From contig CACFUX010000002.1 of the NCBI GenBank assembly GCA_902569615.1, forward strand, positions 739-64,738: a stretch of DNA of 64,000 bases. The letters run 5' to 3'. The notes below the pieces were generated by a model. The model saw only the letters and a list, made by a program, of their open reading frames with translations. It was not told the origin of the DNA and made no database searches. Positions 20,127 through 30,434 of the stretch are shown here, in pieces. The position numbers and the translations under genes were made by a program. The stretch comes from an uncultured Pelagibacteraceae bacterium (lineage in GTDB: Bacteria; Pseudomonadota; Alphaproteobacteria; Pelagibacterales; Pelagibacteraceae). Numbering within the stretch: the stretch's first letter is position 1; every line of letters begins with the position of its first letter.

Positions 20127-20639
20127 ATGTTTTACGATTTGGAAAATAAAAAACCAAAAAATTCGGGCGAAAATTGGGTAGCTCCTAATGCAACTATAAT
20201 AGGTGATGTAACTTTAGATAAGAATTCTAGTATTTGGTTTAATGCCGTTTTAAGAGGAGATATTGAAAATATTCATATCGGTGAAGGTTCTAATATCCAA
20301 GATGGTAGTGTTTTGCATACTGATCCCGGATGTCCTTTAAAAGTTGGAAAAAATGTAACAGTTGGACACTTGGTTATGCTTCACGGATGTACAATAGGGG
20401 ACAATAGTTTAATCGGAATTGGTGCAGTAATTCTAAACAAGGCGAAGATTGGAAAAAATTGTATTATTGGCGCTAAAGCTTTGATTACAGAAAATAAAGA
20501 AATACCAGATAACTCATTAGTTGTTGGATCTCCAGGAAAAGTTATTAGACAAGTTACAGAAGAAGAAAAAAAAGAAATTTTTGAAAATACCAAGCATTAT
20601 CAGGACAATTGGAAAAAATACTCAAAATCTATATTTTAA
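20127..20639 (+). CDS. Gamma carbonic anhydrase family protein
   Basis: LRGD, NIQDGSVLH, TVGHLVMLHGC and hexapeptide repeats. Confidence 0.92.
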   Translation: MFYDLENKKPKNSGENWVAPNATIIGDVTLDKNSSIWFNAVLRGDIENIHIGEGSNIQDGSVLHTDPGCPLKVGKNVTVGHLVMLHGCTIGDNSLIGIGAVILNKAKIGKNCIIGAKALITENKEIPDNSLVVGSPGKVIRQVTEEEKKEIFENTKHYQDNWKKYSKSIF

Positions 20640-20644
20640 TCATT

Positions 20645-21088
20645 ATGCCAACTTATACAGTAACAAACTCAAACTTTAATTTTACCTCAAAACAACAAAA
20701 AAATTTAGCAGAAGGAATTACCAAAGTTCATAATATTGTTACGGGTGCAAATACGTATTTCGCTCAAGTAATATTTAATAAAACAAAAAAAAATAATCAT
20801 TTTATGGGAGGCAAGAAAGTAAAAGAGTCATCTATATTTTTACTTGGTCAAATTAGAGCAGGAAGACCTAAAAATATAAAAGATAAATTAATATCAGAAT
20901 TAAAAAATGTTTTATTAAAAGAGTCAAAATTAGATGAAACTCAAATATGGGTTTATATTATAGATTTACCACCGTCGCAAATGATAGAATATGGAGCAGT
21001 TTTACCTGAGTCTGGTAAAGAGAGTGAATGGTTTAAAAATTTATCCTCAAAATTAAGAAAGAAACTATCAAATATAGAAAAAAATTAA
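20645..21088 (+). CDS. Tautomerase superfamily protein, cis-CaaD/Cg10062-like
   Basis: Start at ATG 20645 gives N-terminal Pro. Counting from it: H28, R70, R73, Y103 and E114. Confidence 0.85.
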   Translation: MPTYTVTNSNFNFTSKQQKNLAEGITKVHNIVTGANTYFAQVIFNKTKKNNHFMGGKKVKESSIFLLGQIRAGRPKNIKDKLISELKNVLLKESKLDETQIWVYIIDLPPSQMIEYGAVLPESGKESEWFKNLSSKLRKKLSNIEKN

Positions 21089-21684
21089 GGAACTAACCAA
21101 GCATTTTTGTTAGCTTCTAAATCAAATTTTGCTCTTCGATGTCCTTTGGCCGCAAGATAAAGCCATTCAATAGATATAATTTTACATTTAATTACAGTAA
21201 AATTTTTATAACCTTCTTCACTTTGCTCCATTGTATAATCAAAATCTTCTAATTTAGATATCATACCAGATGTTGGTTTTTCCGACGTAGTTCCAGGAGG
21301 ACTATCAGTTAAATAGCACCTTCTACTAATATGTTGAGTTTTTTTCCAAGATTCTTCTGTTGTAGAATTTTGATTATTAACTTCACATTCTACTTTTACT
21401 CTTAATTGTATTTTTTCTTCTTTATCGTAGAAAATTAGAGATGCATTTTTATTTTTTTTAAGAATATCTACTTTTGGAGATCTAAGATCAGTGTGAAATT
21501 GTAATAAGTTATTTTTTCTATCAGATTTACGCAATACAACAATTCTACCATCGACTTCATCTTGATGACCACAGATGAAAACAGGAATTCTAAATGGTGA
21601 GCCCCTGTTAGTCACAGCATCGTCGAGCATAGACCAATACTTATTTTGAATTTCGTCTAAATTTTCATAGTATGCCGGCTGCAT
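21085..21684 (-). CDS. Pyridoxamine 5'-phosphate oxidase-related FMN-binding protein
   Basis: RIVVLR, FHTDLRSPK, QLR and EWLYL...GHRRAKF motifs. Confidence 0.85.
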   Translation of the reverse strand: MQPAYYENLDEIQNKYWSMLDDAVTNRGSPFRIPVFICGHQDEVDGRIVVLRKSDRKNNLLQFHTDLRSPKVDILKKNKNASLIFYDKEEKIQLRVKVECEVNNQNSTTEESWKKTQHISRRCYLTDSPPGTTSEKPTSGMISKLEDFDYTMEQSEEGYKNFTVIKCKIISIEWLYLAAKGHRRAKFDLEANKNAWLVP

Positions 21685-21687
21685 ACA

Positions 21688-22557
21688 TTATTTTCTAAAT
21701 CTTTTAATTAAACTTGAAGTATCCCAACGATTTCCACCCATATCTTGAATTTCACCATAAAATTTATCTACTAGCTCTGTGACAGGTAATAATGAACCAT
21801 TATTTTTAGCCTCATCCATTGCAATCTTTAAATCTTTTCTCATCCAATCGACTGCAAAACCAAAGTCGAATTTATCATCAATCATAGTTTTAAATCTATT
21901 ATCCATTTGCCAAGATTGAGCAGCTCCTTTTGAAATAACTTCGATAACATCTTCCATTTTTAATCCAGCTTTCATTCCAAAATTAATTCCTTCGGACAAT
22001 CCTTGTACTAGACCAGCAATACAAATTTGATTAACCATCTTAGCTAATTGTCCAGAACCTGCTTTACCAAGTAATTTCATTTTTTTGCTATAACAATCAA
22101 TTTTATCTTTTGCTTTATCAAAGTCAGCCTGATCTCCACCAATCATAACTGTTAGTGTACCATTTTCTGCACCTGCCTGGCCACCTGATACAGGTGCATC
22201 TAAAAAACCCCAACCATGTGCTTTAGATGATTTGTATAATTTTCTAGCAATTTCTGCCGAAGCAGTAGTGTTATCTACATGCACCGCACCTTTTTTAATT
22301 GTGTTATAAATTCCATCTTTACCAATTGTAACCTCAGACAAATCATTATCATTTCCGACACATGTAAAAACAAAATCAGCATCAACTGATGCTTTTGCAG
22401 GTGTATCTGCTTTAGATCCTTTATATTCATTTAACCATTTATCTGCTTTTGAGTCTGTTCTATTATAAACAGTTACATTATGCCCAGCTTTTGATATATA
22501 TCCAGCCATTGGATAACCCATTACACCAAGACCAATGAAAGCAACCTTACAAGTCAT
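21688..22557 (-). CDS. NAD(P)-dependent beta-hydroxyacid dehydrogenase (MmsB/GarR family)
   Basis: FIGLGVMGYPMA, FLDAPVSGGQAGA and GQLAKMVNQ motifs. Confidence 0.9.
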   Translation of the reverse strand: MTCKVAFIGLGVMGYPMAGYISKAGHNVTVYNRTDSKADKWLNEYKGSKADTPAKASVDADFVFTCVGNDNDLSEVTIGKDGIYNTIKKGAVHVDNTTASAEIARKLYKSSKAHGWGFLDAPVSGGQAGAENGTLTVMIGGDQADFDKAKDKIDCYSKKMKLLGKAGSGQLAKMVNQICIAGLVQGLSEGINFGMKAGLKMEDVIEVISKGAAQSWQMDNRFKTMIDDKFDFGFAVDWMRKDLKIAMDEAKNNGSLLPVTELVDKFYGEIQDMGGNRWDTSSLIKRFRK

Positions 22558-22565
22558 AAAAAAAT

Positions 22566-23775
22566 ATGTTTAAAAGTTTAAGTTTAAAAGTAATTATATT
22601 TGGATTTATTTTTACATTTTTTTCGAGTTTTGGACAGAGTTTTTTTTTAGGTTTGTTTAATTCAAACATACGTGATGCACTTTCTATATCACATGGACAA
22701 TTTGGCTCAATTTACGCATCTGCAACCTTATTAAGTAGTTTTATCCTAATCTGGTTAGGTAAAAAAATAGACGAAATAAATATTTTTAAATTTGCATCAT
22801 TGGTTACTATTCTTTTGTCGTTTTCATGTTTTTTCTTTTCAAAAATTTCTTCAGTTACTTTTTTATTTTTTGCAATATTTTTAATGAGATTTTCGGGTCA
22901 AGGAATGATGTCACATACAGCAACAACAACAGTCTCAAGATATTTCACAAAATCAAGAGGAAAAGCATTGAGTACTATTTGGTTTGGTTTATCGTCAGCA
23001 GAATTTATTTTACCAGTATTTACGATATATTTATTAACATTCCTTGATTGGAGATATATTTGGATAATTATTTCAATAGTTATTATTTTATTTTTACCAT
23101 TAGCTTCATTCATATTATTAAAAAAATTAAATTTTGAATCTAGAGAGAAAACTAGCAAACTTGAAAAAAAATAATCTAAATATAAAAAGTTGGAAACGTA
23201 CAGAGGTTTTAAAAGATTATAGATTTTATATCTTAGGTGCAAACATGTTGGCCATGCCTTGGATAACAACTGGTATATTTGTTTATCAATCGTTTATTTT
23301 AAGTTCAAAAGATTGGGGACCATTTGTTATAGCAAAGTCATTCATGGCATACTCAACCTTATCAGTAATAACATTATTTATTTCAGGTTTTTTAATAGAC
23401 AAATTTACAAGTAGAAAAATTTTGATTTATATGAATATTCCATTGTTGTTATCAACAATTGTAATAATTTTATTTGATAATCCAAATATATCTTTTTTAT
23501 TTTTAGGATTAATAGGTATCTCAAACGGTTTAGCTAACGTTTTGGGTTCTTCAACTTGGGCTGAAATTTATGGTGTAAGATATATTGGATCTATAAAAGC
23601 ATTAACCACTGCTTTAATGGTATTTTCAACAGCATTTGGAACTGCTCTTTTTGGGTTTTTAATTGATATAGGTTTTTCAATAGAACAAATTGCAATGGTT
23701 TCTGCTACTTATATATCTTCAGCATTGGTTTTTCTTTTCTTTATTAGAAATAAACTTAATCCAATAAAAAATTAG
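22566..23775 (+). CDS. MFS transporter, split by a frameshift in the A8 run at 23164-23171
   Basis: ORFs 22566..23174 and 23134..23775 are the N- and C-halves of one MFS protein (GKKIDEI / GFLIDKF motif A). Removing one A fuses them. Confidence 0.85.
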
Positions 23776-23817
23776 AAAAAACTTGATTTTATAACGTCTA
23801 AAGTATAAATACCTCGC

Positions 23818-24354
23818 ATGGCAAGAGTTACAGTAGAAGATTGTATTGATAAAGTAGATAGTCCTTACGAATTAGTTTTAGTGGCAAAAGAGAGAGCTAC
23901 ACAACTTAACTCAGGAATAGAACCATCGATTGAAAAAGATAACGATAAAAATACAGTTATTTCACTTAGAGAAATCGCTGATGACAAAATTAAAGTAAAA
24001 GACCTAGTTGAGAGCGCTGTTTACAAACTTAGAAAACATGTTGAGCAAGTAGACGACAATTTAGAAGATGATGAAGTGATTGGAGATGACTTTGAAAATC
24101 TTTACAAAGGAGAAATATCAAAAAGTGGAGTTCCAATATTACCTTCTAAAAGAGCTAGAAAAGTTCCAGAAAAAATTCAAGTATCTCAAGATGATCTTGC
24201 CGAATTAAAAAATTCACCAGAAGAACAATCAATTGAAAGTGAACCAGCAAGTGAATCAGCTGATGCTGGAGAAGAAGATGTTTCTTTAGATAATCTTAAA
24301 GATGAAGAAATAGCTAACACTGAAAAAGAAGATTCAGAGTCTACAAATAGTTAA
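23818..24354 (+). CDS. rpoZ: RNA polymerase omega subunit with acidic C-terminal extension
   Basis: [13 protein letters not shown]...ELVLVA...[12 protein letters not shown]. Confidence 0.95.
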   Translation: MARVTVEDCIDKVDSPYELVLVAKERATQLNSGIEPSIEKDNDKNTVISLREIADDKIKVKDLVESAVYKLRKHVEQVDDNLEDDEVIGDDFENLYKGEISKSGVPILPSKRARKVPEKIQVSQDDLAELKNSPEEQSIESEPASESADAGEEDVSLDNLKDEEIANTEKEDSESTNS

Positions 24355-24379
24355 TTTAGTAATATAACAATCTTAAGTT

Positions 24380-25372
24380 ATGAATAGAAAAGTATCAGTT
24401 GCTCCTATGATGGACTGTACAGATCGTCATGAAAGATATTTCTTACGATTAATTAGCAAGAATGTTCTTTTATATACTGAGATGATTGTATCTGAAGCTA
24501 TTGATAGAGGAGATAAAAAAAAACTTTTATCATTCAATATCAATGAAAAACCTGTTGCCCTTCAAGTAGGAGGATCATCACCTAAACTTTTAGGCAATGC
24601 AGCAAGACTTGGTGAAGAATTTGGTTATGATGAAATAAATCTCAATCTTGGTTGTCCAAGCAAGAAAGTTCAAAAAAATAAATTTGGTGCTTGTTTAATG
24701 AAAGAACCAGATTTAGTAGCAGATTGTTTAAGTAAAATGTTATCTTCCACTAAGTTACCTATCACTGTCAAAACTAGAATTGGTTATGACAACCAGGAAG
24801 ACTATGAAACTTTATTTAAATTTATTGAAAAATTAAAAAATACTGGAGTAAAAACTTTTATTATTCACGCAAGAAAAGCAATGCTAGGAAAGTTTACACC
24901 TAAGCAAAATTTAAATATTCCACCATTAAAATATGATGTTGTTTATAAGTTAAAAAAAGATTTCAAAGATCAAGAAATAATTATAAATGGAGGAATAACT
25001 TCAACAGACCAAATTAAAGATCATTTGACCAAAGTTGATGGAGTAATGATTGGAAGATCAGTTTATCACTCACCTTATTTTTTAGCTGAAATTGAAAAAG
25101 AAATTTTTAAAAATAATAATACCCTTTCAAGGCAGGAAGTTATTGAAAATTTAATTCCATATGTAAAAGAAGAGACAAAAAAAGGTACAAGATTGAATCA
25201 AATTATGAGGCATACTTTAGGATTGTTTCATGGCCAAACAGGATCTAATTTTTGGAAAAGATATTTAAGTGAAAACTTATGTGTAAGAGACGCTGATATT
25301 AAAAAAATAGATCATATCATGGATAAAGTTAAATTAGCTCCTCAAGCACATTCAGTAGGTCAAATTGATTAG
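24380..25372 (+). CDS. dusA: tRNA dihydrouridine(20/20a) synthase
   Basis: SVAPMMDCTDRH, INLNLGCPS, HARKA and IPPLKY motifs. Confidence 0.93.
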   Translation: MNRKVSVAPMMDCTDRHERYFLRLISKNVLLYTEMIVSEAIDRGDKKKLLSFNINEKPVALQVGGSSPKLLGNAARLGEEFGYDEINLNLGCPSKKVQKNKFGACLMKEPDLVADCLSKMLSSTKLPITVKTRIGYDNQEDYETLFKFIEKLKNTGVKTFIIHARKAMLGKFTPKQNLNIPPLKYDVVYKLKKDFKDQEIIINGGITSTDQIKDHLTKVDGVMIGRSVYHSPYFLAEIEKEIFKNNNTLSRQEVIENLIPYVKEETKKGTRLNQIMRHTLGLFHGQTGSNFWKRYLSENLCVRDADIKKIDHIMDKVKLAPQAHSVGQID

Positions 25373-26198
25373 TTCAATTTTATCTAACGAGTATTCATTT
25401 TTTATTCTCTTAATGGTTCTTACAGCATTTCCTGTAGGTTTTTTTGCGGGATTTTTTGGAATAGGTGGAGGCTTAATTACAGTCCCATTTTTATTTTTTA
25501 TATTTGAAACATTAAATCTAGATAAGTATTATATTATGCACTTAGCAGTTGGGACTTCATTTTCAATAATAATACCGACATCTTTAGTTTCAGTATTAAC
25601 TCATAAAAAAAATAAGTTTGTTGATAATAGAATAATTAAAAATTACGGGCTTTTTGTAATCATTGGAGTTTTGCTAGGAACTATTTTTGCTGCTTTAATG
25701 CAAACAAAGTCTTTAGTATTGTTCTTTTCAGTAGTTGTTTATTTTTTAGGAACATATCTTTTATTAAATGCAAATAAAGTTCAAAAAATTAAAAAAAACT
25801 TTGAACTTTTACCAAGAATATTCTTTGGTTTTATTTCTGGATTTGTTTCTGCGCCAATGGGAATTGGTGGTGCGGTAATGAATGTACCTGTATTAAGATA
25901 TTTTGGTTATCCAATAAAAAAGGCTATTGGAAGCGCTGCAGCAATCGGTTTTATAATTGCTCTTTTTGGAGCTATTGGTTTTTTAATTTCTGGATCTTTT
26001 TTAAAAGCAAATCTACCTTTAAGCATTGGATTTATTAATATCCCAGCATTTTTAATATTTGTTCCAATAACAACTTTTATGGCAAGAGTAGGAGCTAACT
26101 CAGTTAATAAAATTGATAAGTCTAAAGTCCAATCATTGTTTGGAGTATTTCTTTATGTTGTTGGAACTATTTTTATTTATAGATATTTAAGTCTTTAA
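25365..26198 (+). CDS. Sulfite exporter TauE/SafE family membrane protein
   Basis: Duplicated GFFGIGGG / MGIGG motifs, AVGTS, multiple TM helices. Confidence 0.9.
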   Translation: MISSILSNEYSFFILLMVLTAFPVGFFAGFFGIGGGLITVPFLFFIFETLNLDKYYIMHLAVGTSFSIIIPTSLVSVLTHKKNKFVDNRIIKNYGLFVIIGVLLGTIFAALMQTKSLVLFFSVVVYFLGTYLLLNANKVQKIKKNFELLPRIFFGFISGFVSAPMGIGGAVMNVPVLRYFGYPIKKAIGSAAAIGFIIALFGAIGFLISGSFLKANLPLSIGFINIPAFLIFVPITTFMARVGANSVNKIDKSKVQSLFGVFLYVVGTIFIYRYLSL

Positions 26199-26199
26199 A

Positions 26200-26291
26200 C
26201 GAAGAAGGGGCAGCTTCAGTCTCCCTCTACCACCCCTTAATTTTCTTATATGCGATTCTCTAAAATTATTGTAACTCGTAAGAGTTGAATC
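26200..26291 (-). ncRNA. Candidate ~90-nt small RNA
   Basis: Minus strand: TTCATA-N16-TATAAA promoter-like element (26324-26297), nested stems GATTC/GAATC and AACTC/GAGTT, and a G-rich terminal hairpin (26205-26238) followed by TTCTTCGTTT. Confidence 0.4.
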
Positions 26292-26348
26292 TTATATTTA
26301 TAATAATCTATATATCTTTATGAACCGATTAAAATTATAATATGTTTC

Positions 26349-27284
26349 ATGAAAAAAATTATTTTTTCCTTAATAGTTTTCCTTTTTTTTACTCAAAATA
26401 TTTTAGCTAAAACCAAGATTATAAAAGATACATATTATGAAGGTGAAATACAATTTTATGATCTAAAATACAATCTTCCAAGCGGAAAGTGGCTATCATT
26501 AGGAAAACATACTGAAACAATGGGTGAAGTTCCAAATATTGGAGTTTCTTGTATAGATTTTGTTCAGTTAGAAAATAGATTATATAAATCAGGAATACAA
26601 ATATGCGAAATCCATACAAGTGGCTCTTATACAGGCTATATTGGGATGTATCTTAATAAAGAATTAACTGATGGTAGGTATGACTCATGTATTTTACGTC
26701 CAGAATATTTTTATACAAAACTTTGGACCAAAGGGATGACAGGAAATTGTTTTTTGACACGTCACGTTGATACAGATAAACGCTTAAACTACCCAGATGA
26801 CCCTGAAAGGACAGCCACTTTTTTAAAAAAATTTATAAGAGAATACCAAGTTACTGTGCCAAAAACTGTTTTATTAGCTGAACATTTTTATTATTCATCA
26901 ATGGTAAGAGACAAAGGTTATAGTGTTGAATACGTTATAAATCCTGAATTATTTGGAGCTGGTGAAAGCCTTTATGGTGAAGAGAATAAAAGTGAATACC
27001 ACAGAGCAAATATATCTAATTATCCTGAAAAAGAAAAATTTATGATAAATTGGACTAAAGAGTCCGCAAAAAGACATATTGAATTCGAAACAAAATTAAA
27101 TGCAAGACCAAATCATAAATTAAATTTTAAAGACCTTAATCTTTCAAGTTTTGTATCAAAATCTATTACAAATAATTCGGGTGAGAGCTTAACAAAACAA
27201 ATTATACAATTAAAAGAACTTTACGACAGTGGAGCTTTAACAAAAGAAGAGTTTGAAAAGGCTAAAAAGAAAATATTAAATTAA
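26349..27284 (+). CDS. Exported protein with C-terminal SHOCT domain
   Basis: MKKIIF signal peptide; C-terminus LKELYDSGALTKEEFEKAKKKILN. Confidence 0.85.
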   Translation: MKKIIFSLIVFLFFTQNILAKTKIIKDTYYEGEIQFYDLKYNLPSGKWLSLGKHTETMGEVPNIGVSCIDFVQLENRLYKSGIQICEIHTSGSYTGYIGMYLNKELTDGRYDSCILRPEYFYTKLWTKGMTGNCFLTRHVDTDKRLNYPDDPERTATFLKKFIREYQVTVPKTVLLAEHFYYSSMVRDKGYSVEYVINPELFGAGESLYGEENKSEYHRANISNYPEKEKFMINWTKESAKRHIEFETKLNARPNHKLNFKDLNLSSFVSKSITNNSGESLTKQIIQLKELYDSGALTKEEFEKAKKKILN

Positions 27285-27285
27285 T

Positions 27286-27921
27286 ATGAAATTATTATTT
27301 AAAATAATTTTAATAATTTTGTTAATTAGTAACAAATCTTTTGCTAAAGCTGGAAAGGGAGAATTAAAATTAGATAAATATACTTTAGAGCAATTCTTAA
27401 TTTATATTTATGCTGAGCAACCAGATAAAAATATTGGTAACAATCTTAAAGCAAATCCTCTGGTTTTTTCTGTAGATGAGAATGGCTGGTCATCAATGTA
27501 TTATTACTGTAATTTCGATCAATGTCTTGACGCAAATGTGGAGAGACAGGCAAAGTTAGGATGTGAAAAATCTTCTAATTTTGTTCCTTGTTGGACATTT
27601 GCAAGAAAAAAACGAGTAGTCTGGAAAAATAGTATAAATAAAAAAAACTTAAATCTTTCACCATATATTAAACAAGGAAAACTTTACGTTGCTAAAATTC
27701 TCCAAGAAAAAGGTTTTTATGATGGGGATATTTATGAACTAGAAGGAATAAAAGATACTATAGAAAAGAATGAGATTATTAATAATAATCAAACTGATAT
27801 AAGCTCAACAAACAATAATAAAAGTCTTTCAGATCAAATAAAAGATCTTAAAGACCTTTACGATAGTGGGGCTTTAACAAAAGAAGAGTTTGAAAAGGCA
27901 AAAAAGAAAATCTTAAATTAA
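27286..27921 (+). CDS. Exported protein with C-terminal SHOCT domain
   Basis: Signal peptide ending SFA; C-terminus LKDLYDSGALTKEEFEKAKKKILN. Confidence 0.85.
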   Translation: MKLLFKIILIILLISNKSFAKAGKGELKLDKYTLEQFLIYIYAEQPDKNIGNNLKANPLVFSVDENGWSSMYYYCNFDQCLDANVERQAKLGCEKSSNFVPCWTFARKKRVVWKNSINKKNLNLSPYIKQGKLYVAKILQEKGFYDGDIYELEGIKDTIEKNEIINNNQTDISSTNNNKSLSDQIKDLKDLYDSGALTKEEFEKAKKKILN

Positions 27922-27928
27922 TAATTTT

Positions 27929-28910
27929 ATGAAAAAAATTTTATTACTAATAATAACAAGTTTTTTTATAACAAATATTAGTTTTTCCAAAATAACTAAT
28001 GTAGACAATAAGTTTAATATTGATATTCCGAACAACTTCACACATGTATCTTTGAAAGAATTAAGTGATCATCAAAATATTGATGATATGGGTATTGATT
28101 TTGATGTTTTGGAAGATTATGGATTAAATGCTTATATTATAGGTGATAAAAAAATATTAGAATTATTAATTTCTTTTCTTAATGGAGATGACCTCACTAA
28201 CAACAAATATATAAAACCATTAATTAGAAAATTTGAAAAAAAAGCTCAATCAGGAATTAGCGAAAATCAATATTCTAAATGGATGGTTAATGAAATAAAA
28301 AAAGCTTTAAAAAAAGAAAAAATAAGTGGGTGGATTATTGCTTTGGCATCAAATGATTTAGATAAAAAACGATTTAGAGACAGACCTAGGTTTAGAAGAG
28401 TATGGTGTTGAGGGAAGTCTTCTTGATTTAAATAAATTATCTGAAAAAGAATTTAAAAAAATATCTTCAAAAATTAAATCTGCAGCTAAAAAGGAGTTAA
28501 AAAATTATAATCTTGGCCCAATGGCTATAAGTATTAAAACATTAGATATTTCAAAAGACAAAGGAAAAGACATTTTTTTATCATCAACTGGAAAAGTTAC
28601 ATATGCTTTAAATGAATACGCAAGTATTAGTGGAAATGTAAACTTATATATTACGGTAAAAAACAAGAAATTGTTATTGTTTTATGAAGAATGCATTGTG
28701 AATTGTAGTTCTAAAAATTTTCAAAATTTAATAAAACCAGTCAAAAGTCAGAGTATTAATATTGAAAATGATCAAAATACCAAAAGTTCCTTAAGCACAG
28801 AAACAAATGATAGTTTGGTTGAAGAAATAAAGAAGCTAAGTGAGTTATACAAATCTGGAGTTTTAACCAAAGAAGAATTTGAAAAAGCTAAGAAAAAACT
28901 TCTTAATTAA
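27929..28910 (+). CDS. Exported SHOCT-domain protein, split by a frameshift in the A6 run at 28364-28369
   Basis: Removing one A gives DKNDLETDLGLEEYG..., open through to ORF 28521..28910 ending LYKSGVLTKEEFEKAKKKLLN. Confidence 0.8.
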
Positions 28911-30361
28911 ATTTTTTGATCGTATTCTCCAATTTTACCAGTTTTTTTAAGAAGCTCATCTATGAATTCAAATATCTTTTTTTTTCTTAAGTCAGATGTT
29001 GGGCTTTCTGTAACTATAACTAGAGAAGGTTTATTTGATGAAGCTCTTATTAAACCCCAAGAGCCATCATTAAAAGAAAACCTAACACCATTTACTGTTA
29101 ATATCTCAGTAATTTCCTGACCATCAACTTTAGTTTTGTTATCTTTAATTTCTTTAACTTGAGTTACCAACTCATCAACAACTTGATATTTTTCTTCATC
29201 TTTGCAGAAAGGAGCCATAGTAGGAGATTGATATGTATTAGGTAATTCTTTTATTATTTCACTCATTTTTTTGTTTTGATTATCAAGTAAATGGCAAACT
29301 TGTATTGCTGAATTAATTCCATCATCGTAACCATAGCCTAATGGTTGATTAAAAAAGAAATGACCACTTTTTTCAAATCCAGCCAAAGCTTTTTCGTTAT
29401 TTACTTTTCTTTTGATATGAGAATGTCCTGTTTTCCAATAAATAGTTTTACAGTTATTTTCTAAGAGAATTTTATCATTTGAGTAAAGCCCTGTTGATTT
29501 TACATCAACTACAAATTTAGAACCTTTATGTTTAGGAGATAAGTTTCTAGCTATAATTAAACCTATTTTATCTGAGAATATTTCATTCCCTTCATTATCA
29601 ATAACACCACATCTATCTCCATCTCCATCAAAACCAAAACCAATATCAGCGTTATTATCTTTTACAGCTTTTGATATTGCATGCAGCATCTCAAGATCCT
29701 CAGGATTTGGGTTATATTTTGGAAAATTCCAATCTAATTTACAATCCAACTCGACGACTTCACAACCTATACCTCTTAAAATATCAGGTGCAAAAACACC
29801 CGCTGTTCCATTTCCACAAGCTACAACTGCCTTAATTTTTTTGTTTATCTTATTTTTACTTATTAAATCATTTTTATAAATTTCTTGAAAATTGCTTATT
29901 TGTTTTTCACTTCCTTTTCCTTCTGTAAATTTTTGATTTAATGTTATATCTTTTAACTCTTTCATTTCCTCTGGAGCGTGAGTTAAACCTTTTTTAATCC
30001 CCATTTTAACACCAGTCCAACCATTCTCGTTATGACTAGCTGTTACCATGGCCACTGCATCTGAGTTTAAATTAAATTGAGCAAAATAAACCATTGGTGA
30101 TAATGATAAACCTACATCTTCAATTTGACACCCAGTAGAAATTAATCCTTTTTTTAAAGCTGATTTTATTTCTTCACTATAAGATCTATAATCGTGACCT
30201 ACTATTACTCTTGGATTGTCTTTTTTTGTATGATTTTTAATTTGAGTTCCAAGTCCTTTTCCAAGATCTTCGATTCCTAATAAATTTATGCTTTTCTTAT
30301 ACAGCCATCTTGCGTCATATTCTCTAAAACCAAAGGGATCAATTTTTCTTGAATTTTCCAT
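28907..30361 (-). CDS. Phosphomannomutase/phosphoglucomutase
   Basis: FREYDAR, VTASHN, FDGDGDR and GFEKSGH motifs. Confidence 0.93.
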   Translation of the reverse strand: MENSRKIDPFGFREYDARWLYKKSINLLGIEDLGKGLGTQIKNHTKKDNPRVIVGHDYRSYSEEIKSALKKGLISTGCQIEDVGLSLSPMVYFAQFNLNSDAVAMVTASHNENGWTGVKMGIKKGLTHAPEEMKELKDITLNQKFTEGKGSEKQISNFQEIYKNDLISKNKINKKIKAVVACGNGTAGVFAPDILRGIGCEVVELDCKLDWNFPKYNPNPEDLEMLHAISKAVKDNNADIGFGFDGDGDRCGVIDNEGNEIFSDKIGLIIARNLSPKHKGSKFVVDVKSTGLYSNDKILLENNCKTIYWKTGHSHIKRKVNNEKALAGFEKSGHFFFNQPLGYGYDDGINSAIQVCHLLDNQNKKMSEIIKELPNTYQSPTMAPFCKDEEKYQVVDELVTQVKEIKDNKTKVDGQEITEILTVNGVRFSFNDGSWGLIRASSNKPSLVIVTESPTSDLRKKKIFEFIDELLKKTGKIGEYDQKI

Positions 30362-30410
30362 GTTGATATATGTACATTTTTTTTATTTTTTTATTGATAT
30401 TTATTTTTAT

Positions 30411-30425
30411 GTTCTATATATGTTC
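30411..30425. promoter_or_regulatory. Alphaproteobacterial LexA (SOS) box upstream of nrdA
   Basis: GTTC-tatatat-GTTC matches the GTTC-N7-GTTC direct repeat exactly. Confidence 0.6.
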
Positions 30426-30434
30426 TATTGATTT

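Noticed and set aside
24380-25372. dusA as an island integration site
   Set aside because: dusA is intact, and no integrase or duplicated dusA fragment is visible nearby.
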